Of a stretch of DNA of 32,000 nucleotides, positions 27,101 to 32,000 are shown in pieces (the stretch's first letter is position 1; every line of letters starts with the position of its first letter). The translations under genes were made by a program, and so were the position numbers. Below the pieces are notes generated by a model. It searched no databases. It was not told the origin of the DNA and saw nothing but the letters and a program-made list of their open reading frames with translations. Source of the DNA: an archaeon (GTDB lineage Archaea; Iainarchaeota; Iainarchaeia; Iainarchaeales; JANQMZ01). Location of the stretch: contig JANQMZ010000007.1 of assembly GCA_028279805.1 (NCBI GenBank), forward strand, positions 510,001-542,000, written 5' to 3'.

Positions 27101-28142
27101 CAGAGTCAATTACCTCAAAAAAAACACGTTTTCCTTTTTCAATCGTTACAGTTATGTCAGTCCTTAAACCTGCATTAACCTGTACTCCCTCAGATTCGCC
27201 AAAAGCACCGGCATCAGTCGAAGCTGTTACAATATATGAACCGGGAGGAACATTTTCAAATAATTTGTCACCGGACTGGGTTGACTGTGTTTCCTGAAAA
27301 GGAGTTCCTGTAACAGAATCTGACACTGTTATGTCGGCGGATTGCACCGGAAGATTCTGAGAGTCAACAACTTTTACGTACAAAGAACCTGTTAAATTTT
27401 CAACATTTTTTGACAAATTAATAAAAGTTTCTTTTCTGGTTATTTTTTTTGAAGCTGAATCAAAACCGGAAGCTGAGGCTGTTACAGATAAATCCGAACA
27501 ATTTGAAACTGAAAAATTAAAAATTCCGTCAGCTCTTGTTAAAGGACTTGGAGATTCGCCCGAAGAACATGTAAAAGTTAATGTTACGGATGTTTCTCCC
27601 GGCCAGTTTCTTCCGTTTTCAACAACTCTCACAGTGCATCCGTCTGAACCGCAGACATCTGACAGCATAAAAGCTCCGGATGTTAGGGTTATTTCCTGAA
27701 CATTGTTTGCGGATAACAATAACAGCCTGTTAAACATCGGAAAATTTTCTTTTTCAACAGAAACATCTGCTTCAATTTCCGATTCGGGGATTGAAACAGA
27801 AACAAAACCAAAAGAATCTGTTGTTAAGTCGTGCTGCGTGTCATTGAAAAAAATTTTTACATTTGCTCCTTCCACAGGATTGCCGTCAGAGTCAACAACT
27901 TTTAATGCTGCTGTAAAACCAAATCCTGCAAAATTAAAAAAATAAAAAGCCAGGCCTGTTACAAGCACTGATAAGCCAAAAAACAATAAAAGGCTTGGAA
28001 CTATTCTGTCAATGGGGTCAATTATTTCATAAACAGGAACATATTGGTTTATTTTATCCAGAAAATCATACCATTTGTCTTCAATTTTGTAATAAAAATC
28101 CTTAATTTTATCAAAGGGACCTGATGTTGATTCATCTGCCAT
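24135..28142 (-). CDS. giant N-terminally anchored surface protein with repeated carboxypeptidase-regulatory-like/Ig-like domains
   Basis: 1335 aa; one TM (IVPSLLLFFGLSVLVTGLAFYFFNF) then repeats of type VVDSDGNPVEGANVKI, VVDSQNLPVQSADITV, IVDHKTAEPVSGATVTF, ITDEQSEPVEGATIALF. Confidence 0.85.
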   Translation of the reverse strand: MADESTSGPFDKIKDFYYKIEDKWYDFLDKINQYVPVYEIIDPIDRIVPSLLLFFGLSVLVTGLAFYFFNFAGFGFTAALKVVDSDGNPVEGANVKIFFNDTQHDLTTDSFGFVSVSIPESEIEADVSVEKENFPMFNRLLLLSANNVQEITLTSGAFMLSDVCGSDGCTVRVVENGRNWPGETSVTLTFTCSSGESPSPLTRADGIFNFSVSNCSDLSVTASASGFDSASKKITRKETFINLSKNVENLTGSLYVKVVDSQNLPVQSADITVSDSVTGTPFQETQSTQSGDKLFENVPPGSYIVTASTDAGAFGESEGVQVNAGLRTDITVTIEKGKRVFFEVIDSESKQNIASNVRLFKNTVFLKSFSALKGSKAFAVGNIQNEDIIAVVSAEDYFLKVQKLPVFDTIPENPEQIEIEKVDKVNQNYGLADVTVFSESGETASNALVFLHEASFGVVISNPLGELTLEDGTYSFSDVFLPQGDYFVNAKKGNEEGVSDDKEISAGETESFEIRMEKGTGFIEALIVDHKTAEPVSGATVTFFESETDTEKDSCTTDSKGLCTSIDLKAGENFYVKASASEYISSYSNTLVTVLKKNTQKITIELWAEKDLDDLPDSDLLSWFEYLCFDSDCQRQVPIIESLNQDQKVFAKFLLIMQKDSVYTDLIQHIRVGLESQNKIPNSGYKIALKNVQSALSDDISLSNCFNSSDQFFTSDEQGCKNTTPGENSKSSLINFNLISGPVIVPIIAELEIEKNATEKLQLRHAAVTSVSGNTLFDPSTGTHLEVFEMGKVLCFPSSKDLLWQFSINPGKELPQNSDKNPNILLTGSRNISSVAVKQPYQIGYSAFNCSEQDFSNASLKTEENASSVSSKIFSIWLNPPENVPTGKFTVFNNETINHENFHSGIFNIKGSEEKDNVELKFDFDSGNSVNDRFSIFFKTLSSEELIVNGLPETVEPVNQPLISGTITDEQSEPVEGATIALFALDSTQITGNHESNDAGEFTIPENELTNLGAYGQQILFRATKSGFRTYNETLDVQSSSSENTLFSCLTYDKETVSVERQGSENFIIFSSCSQEIFLSIGSDLVTSPDVGEEFSLNNAESKTVTVSSDLQPNTLATTGLFPVKIFGRFAQNETPVLAKDIEAFVTDPNNCFSMDSYRINLELGEKRETGFFTNKCFTDSDEPAEASTSEPSKISITDLTPEIDTEESLFFDTTVKMIVVLKDDSVDEDTENYPQQGLFRGQTRELAPFDAFKQFDDYLTQNNLQSSDVKSVSFTAQASEQNIVVWLENRSLIGSYPFDESRNTQVYNFTMTNEDVRATSYFYSIFTDTVSDSG

Positions 28143-28230
28143 AAAAAACGCCCAAAATTAATAACTTTATTGAATAGATTAGTGAATTTGTTTATTAAAA
28201 AGTTTGCCTTTGAGGCATTAAAACAGCTTA

Positions 28231-30321
28231 TTATTGCTTTAATTGTTTTTTAACTGATTCTGCAACAACATCACTTTTGACTGCTCTTGACAAATCTTTA
28301 ACATCAGTTTTTTTAACATCTGTTAAAGTTTTTATTCCGCTGTTGTATAAACGTCTTGCCCTGACCCGGCCTATTCCTTTTAATTCAACCAGCTGCAATA
28401 ATTCTTCTTTAACCCCGCTTTTAAGTCTTTTTCTTATTTTTAAAATTTCAGGAATTTGTTTTTCCAGTTTTAATATTTTGGCTAACTCAATTGAAGCATA
28501 GGAAAGCCAGTCACATCTTTCCAGTTTTGTTCTTAAAATTCCCGGGGCAACACCAAACTTGTTCATTAATTCTTGCTCCCGGACTTCATTAATCCAGTCT
28601 TTTAACATTAAAGTTGAATAAAATTTTTCAACAAAATTTTGGTCCAAAAACTGTTCAGTGTCAACATCAAAAGGCAGTTTTTCATTAAAAGAATATAATT
28701 CTTCCAGTACAGAAGCTTCATCTTTTCTTGGCACATTAACCCATGGAAAAAATTCATTAGCTGAAGCTAACATATAAAGCGTGAAAAAACTGTTCAGTTT
28801 TTTATGCAAATATTCAATAATTTTTTTGGCAGAAAAAGGGTCAAGATACAAATCTGAAACTCTTCTTCCCACAGGGGTTATGAAAAATTTTTTGCCTTTA
28901 ATTGTAACAAATTTTAATTCTTCAAGTTCTTCAACCAGTTTTAACAATTTTTTAACCAGAGAATCAATGTTCTGATGTTTTGCATAAAAAGTTTTGGAAA
29001 AAAAATCTTTTAAGGAAACAGAGTCAAAAACAAATTCAGAGGAAATTAAGGCCAGCAAATGTGTTCTTAAAACTGATTCGTTTGACAACTGGCTTTCAAC
29101 TTCTTCCGGTGTTCCCAGAATAAAATTTTCAACAAGCAAATCTTTTTCCGATTCATGTTTTGCTATTAAAATTGATTCCCCTGAAGAATCATATTTTGGC
29201 CTGCCGGCCCTGCCTGCAATCTGCTTATATTCCGATACTTTAATGCGCTGCATTCCGTACTGGGAATAACGATACAAAGACGGAATAATAACACGAAAAG
29301 CAGGAATATTGATTCCTGCAGCAAGTGTGGGTGTTGAACAGATTACCTTTATTTTGTTTTGACGAAAAGATTCTTCAATTAAGTTTCTTTGTTTTGACAC
29401 CAAACCTGCATGATGAAATGCTACACCATTTTCACAATAAGATGACAATTTTTTGCATTGTTCTGTTGGAGATTCTAACGCATTTTTGATTTGAACTGAT
29501 TCTCTTTCAAGCATTTTTTTGTCTTTCGGCGTTAAAAGAGAGTAAACTGATGCAGACAAAGTTTTTGCAAAATTTTCCGCATTTCTCCGCGTATTGGCAA
29601 AAACTAATGCCTGTTTTTGTTTTTTTATTGTATCCAAAACAATTGAAACGGTTGCATTTTTTTCATCCTCAAGTTTTTCATCTTCATTTAGAAAAAAAAT
29701 TTTATTGTTTAAAAAAACACCCTCCTTTAATTCAACCGGCCTGAAATCACTTTGCACCAGTTCAGCGTCAAGCCACTCTGCTATTTCCATTGAATTTGGA
29801 ATTGTTGCAGATAAGCCGATTATTTTTAGTTCAGGGTTTAATGCTTTTAATTTTGTTATAACCATTTCCAAGGTTGGCCCCCTGTTGGAATCCAGAGTGT
29901 GAATTTCATCCACTATGAGCAAGCCAACATCCTTAAGCCATTCAGCATTATGCCTTATCAAAGAATCAATTTTTTCATTTGTTGCAAAAATCAAATCATA
30001 ATTTTTTAAATATTTAGAAGAAGAATCAAAGTCGCCTGTTGATAAAGCCATTTTTATTTTCAAAGACTTTGAATATTTTTGTTTTAAATCCTTAAAATGT
30101 TCAGAAGCCAATGCACGTAAAGGGCATGTGTAAATTACTTTCTTTTTTTTGTTGATGATTGAATTTAATGCTGCTAATTCGGCTATAATTGTTTTGCCTG
30201 AGGATGTTGGTGAAGAAACAATTAAACTTTTTTCAAATAATTTGGCGTTTAAAGCCTGCTGCTGCACTGTGTTGAATTGTTTGAACGAATTTAATTGCAG
30301 TACTTTTTCCTGAATGTTCAT
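28231..30321 (-). CDS. hel308: Hel308-type Ski2-family ATP-dependent DNA helicase
   Basis: 696 aa; SSPTSSGKTIIAELA (Walker A), TCPLRALASE, LLIVDEIHTL, LSATIPNSMEIAEWL, HHAGLVSKQRNLIEESF, TPTLAAGINIPA, QIAGRAGRPKYD and C-terminal HhH ELKGIGRVRARRLYNSGIKTLTD. Confidence 0.95.
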   Translation of the reverse strand: MNIQEKVLQLNSFKQFNTVQQQALNAKLFEKSLIVSSPTSSGKTIIAELAALNSIINKKKKVIYTCPLRALASEHFKDLKQKYSKSLKIKMALSTGDFDSSSKYLKNYDLIFATNEKIDSLIRHNAEWLKDVGLLIVDEIHTLDSNRGPTLEMVITKLKALNPELKIIGLSATIPNSMEIAEWLDAELVQSDFRPVELKEGVFLNNKIFFLNEDEKLEDEKNATVSIVLDTIKKQKQALVFANTRRNAENFAKTLSASVYSLLTPKDKKMLERESVQIKNALESPTEQCKKLSSYCENGVAFHHAGLVSKQRNLIEESFRQNKIKVICSTPTLAAGINIPAFRVIIPSLYRYSQYGMQRIKVSEYKQIAGRAGRPKYDSSGESILIAKHESEKDLLVENFILGTPEEVESQLSNESVLRTHLLALISSEFVFDSVSLKDFFSKTFYAKHQNIDSLVKKLLKLVEELEELKFVTIKGKKFFITPVGRRVSDLYLDPFSAKKIIEYLHKKLNSFFTLYMLASANEFFPWVNVPRKDEASVLEELYSFNEKLPFDVDTEQFLDQNFVEKFYSTLMLKDWINEVREQELMNKFGVAPGILRTKLERCDWLSYASIELAKILKLEKQIPEILKIRKRLKSGVKEELLQLVELKGIGRVRARRLYNSGIKTLTDVKKTDVKDLSRAVKSDVVAESVKKQLKQ

Positions 30322-30344
30322 ATTTTAATTCAATCCTTAAATGC

Positions 30345-30578
30345 TTAAATTGTTTCTTCTTTCAATGACAAATGTTCATATGCTTTGTTTAAAGCTAAAA
30401 CTGCTTTTGGAATATCGTTAATTCTTAAAGAGTTTGTTGATTTCCATTCATCATTTTTGTCTTTATAGTTTCTGCTTATGCTGATAGTATTGTATTTCCC
30501 GCCTTGCTTGTTTTCATTTTCCCAAACAGCAACATTTAAGCCGCCTGCAGTAAACTTTTGAACCGGTTTTTCACTCAT
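30345..30578 (-). CDS. small conserved-looking protein, possibly nucleic-acid binding
   Basis: 77 aa; FTAGGLNVAVWENENKQGGKYNTISISRNYKDKNDEWKSTNSLRINDIPKAVLALNKAYEHL; SD-like GGGGGTG before ATG; 23 nt upstream of hel308 in the same orientation. Confidence 0.7.
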   Translation of the reverse strand: MSEKPVQKFTAGGLNVAVWENENKQGGKYNTISISRNYKDKNDEWKSTNSLRINDIPKAVLALNKAYEHLSLKEETI

Positions 30579-30659
30579 TTTTTCACCCCCAAAATAATAC
30601 TAAATAATGTATTTTGAGGTGTTTTAAAATTCAACGAGAGTGAATTTCCGCTGAATTTT

Positions 30660-31190
30660 TTAACTCAGCCTTGGGTCCCCGGAATAATCTGGGGCAATTT
30701 TACATCTTCCGGTTTCAATGTCTTCTGAGTTTAATAATCTGTCAAGTTTTCCGTCACAAATGAAAGTGCTTCTGTCAACTCCGCATAAGCTGAATGTTTT
30801 ATCTGCGCTGGGACTATAATAATATTTGAATGGGAGAATTTCTTTTGGAAAAAATTTAATTCCCTCTGCTTCATCAATGTAAACAATTTCCAAATCAGGA
30901 AAATCTTTTTGAATTCTGCTTGCAGAACCGGGGTCATGTAATCTGTCATAAGCATCATCAATATTTTCCTGTAGTTCAGCGGACAAAGGAAGTTGTTCAG
31001 GTTCTTGAACAATTTCTTCTTTAACAGATTGTTCTTCAACAACAGGTTCTGATAATGTAGTTTCCGGTTCTTCATTCACAGGCAAATTTTGAGATAAAGA
31101 AGATTTTTGATCAGTTTGCTGAATTTGAGTTGTTGTGCACCCAGTTAAAAAAATTAAAATTGCTATTCCAAATAAAAAGCTGTTATTCAT
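30660..31190 (-). CDS. putative lipoprotein
   Basis: Signal peptide MNNSFLFGIAILIFLTGC with LTGC lipobox, Gln/Glu/Pro-rich linker, soluble C-terminal domain with two Cys (SLCGVDRSTFICDG); track opens 3 codons earlier at 31199. Confidence 0.72.
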   Translation of the reverse strand: MNNSFLFGIAILIFLTGCTTTQIQQTDQKSSLSQNLPVNEEPETTLSEPVVEEQSVKEEIVQEPEQLPLSAELQENIDDAYDRLHDPGSASRIQKDFPDLEIVYIDEAEGIKFFPKEILPFKYYYSPSADKTFSLCGVDRSTFICDGKLDRLLNSEDIETGRCKIAPDYSGDPRLS

Positions 31191-31201
31191 CGTGTACATT
31201 A

Positions 31202-31240
31202 TTCAAAACCGGTTTATAATATTTTTGTAATGGTTTTGAA
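31202..31240 (-). promoter_or_regulatory. promoter of the lipoprotein gene framed by a 9-bp inverted repeat
   Basis: TTCAAAACC (31202-31210) and GGTTTTGAA (31232-31240) with a minus-strand TATA (ATTATAAACC, 31220-31211) between and overlapping them; also AAACCGGTTT palindrome 31206-31215. Confidence 0.45.
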
Positions 31241-31243
31241 AGC

Positions 31244-32000
31244 TTATTTGAACATTAGGGCTCCGATGGCTGTCTGAATTCCTGAATTTTTGGAAAACAC
31301 AAATTTGATTTTTTTGTCCAGTATTTTTACTCTTTTTTTAATTATTTTTTGAACAATGCTCATTTCAGATAATTTTCCTCCGAAAACAATCCGGGAATGA
31401 TTAAAAGATTTGGCTGCAAAAACAGCATTTGAGCCAATTGACTGTGAAACCATGTTAATCAAGGCAAGAGCAATGTCAGATTTTTTAGGATTTTTTAAAG
31501 AACCAAAATGGGACGCTGTAGAATTAACATCGAGTAAGCCGATGCCTTTGGGATAAATTTCTTTCAAAGTCAGATCAACTTTTTTTAAATTTCCTTTTTT
31601 GGCAAGTGAAAAAAGAGCATTAACATTATTGATTCCCAAAAGCAATTCGGATAAACCCAGAAGAGTTTTTCCCCCTATTGCAGTTCCTCCGACATGTTTT
31701 ATTTTATTATTTTTAACAGAAACAAAAGCAGTTCCCGAGCCAAGTGAAACTGCAAGCACATTGTTTTTCCCGGAAACAAATTTTGCCCCGGTCCCTATTG
31801 CCTTAATTTCGTTCACGGTCTGAACAGGAATTCCTGAAATTTCTTTTTCAAAAAGATCAGCAAAACAGCCGGTTGCCTTAATTCCCGAAATTCTGTTTAT
31901 CGGGAAAGTTTTCAGCATTGAATAAAAATTTTTATTCTCAGAGGAAAAACTTTTCTTTTTTAAAATTTTATTTTTTTCCATTAAAACAAAATCGGTTGTG
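31244..32000 (-). CDS. type II pantothenate kinase-like (Fumble/CoaW family) protein, 5' end outside window
   Basis: VSLGSGTAFVSVKNNKIKHVGGTAIGGKTLLGLSELLLG and GIQTAIGALMF; frame stays open above the track start and reads ...TTDFVL-MEKNKIL, resembling the phosphate-1 motif end (GGTxTTD) of the ASKHA fold. Confidence 0.75.
   Translation of the reverse strand, partial: TTDFVLMEKNKILKKKSFSSENKNFYSMLKTFPINRISGIKATGCFADLFEKEISGIPVQTVNEIKAIGTGAKFVSGKNNVLAVSLGSGTAFVSVKNNKIKHVGGTAIGGKTLLGLSELLLGINNVNALFSLAKKGNLKKVDLTLKEIYPKGIGLLDVNSTASHFGSLKNPKKSDIALALINMVSQSIGSNAVFAAKSFNHSRIVFGGKLSEMSIVQKIIKKRVKILDKKIKFVFSKNSGIQTAIGALMFK

Noticed and set aside
25819-27945. Plus-strand ORFs opposite the 1335-aa gene
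   Set aside because: Translations are antisense of Ig-like repeat coding sequence, with no independent evidence.
28205-28217. TGCCT-TTG-AGGCA hairpin between hel308 and the giant operon
   Set aside because: Only a 5-bp stem with a 3-nt loop and not followed by a clear T tract in the hel308 direction; too weak to call a terminator.
1-32000. CRISPR arrays, transposases, integrases, restriction-modification, toxin-antitoxin, rRNA or tRNA genes
   Set aside because: Looked for and not seen. Nearly all sequence is explained by protein-coding genes, and the few intergenic gaps (up to roughly 120 bp) show no cloverleaf-like sequence or spaced direct repeats.

Overview
AT-rich, gene-dense archaeal chromosomal window. 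It is mostly core information-processing and membrane genes. I recognise: kae1, valS, bud32, rps15, rps3ae, a DUF92 membrane protein, sppA, CDP-archaeol synthase (carS), an exosortase/archaeosortase-family protein, secD/secF, a NOG1-type GTPase, a UPF0147 protein, both subunits of family-D DNA polymerase (DP1/DP2), sepF, orc1/cdc6, a Hel308-type helicase, and a type II pantothenate kinase-like gene cut by the window edge. The content (PolD, Orc1/Cdc6, eS1, KEOPS subunits, CarS) is unambiguously archaeal. Many small, separate, tightly packed genes suggest a DPANN-like lineage, but I cannot prove the phylum. The two most interesting regions are: (1) overlapping carS and archaeosortase-like genes, which suggests coupling of lipid precursor synthesis to lipid anchoring of surface proteins; (2) a three-gene, 4-nt-overlapping operon of about 8.8 kb (19328-28142) encoding a giant secreted beta-helix/PKD-like protein, a small C-terminally anchored protein and a giant N-terminally anchored protein with repeated carboxypeptidase-regulatory-like folds. 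Secondary observations are a 39-aa ORF between rps15 and rps3ae, recurring GAGGCGTTAAAA 12-mers, inverted repeats at promoters, zero-spacer convergent gene ends, and better start-codon choices for orc1, secF, secD and a lipoprotein. I saw no CRISPR array, transposon, rRNA or tRNA.
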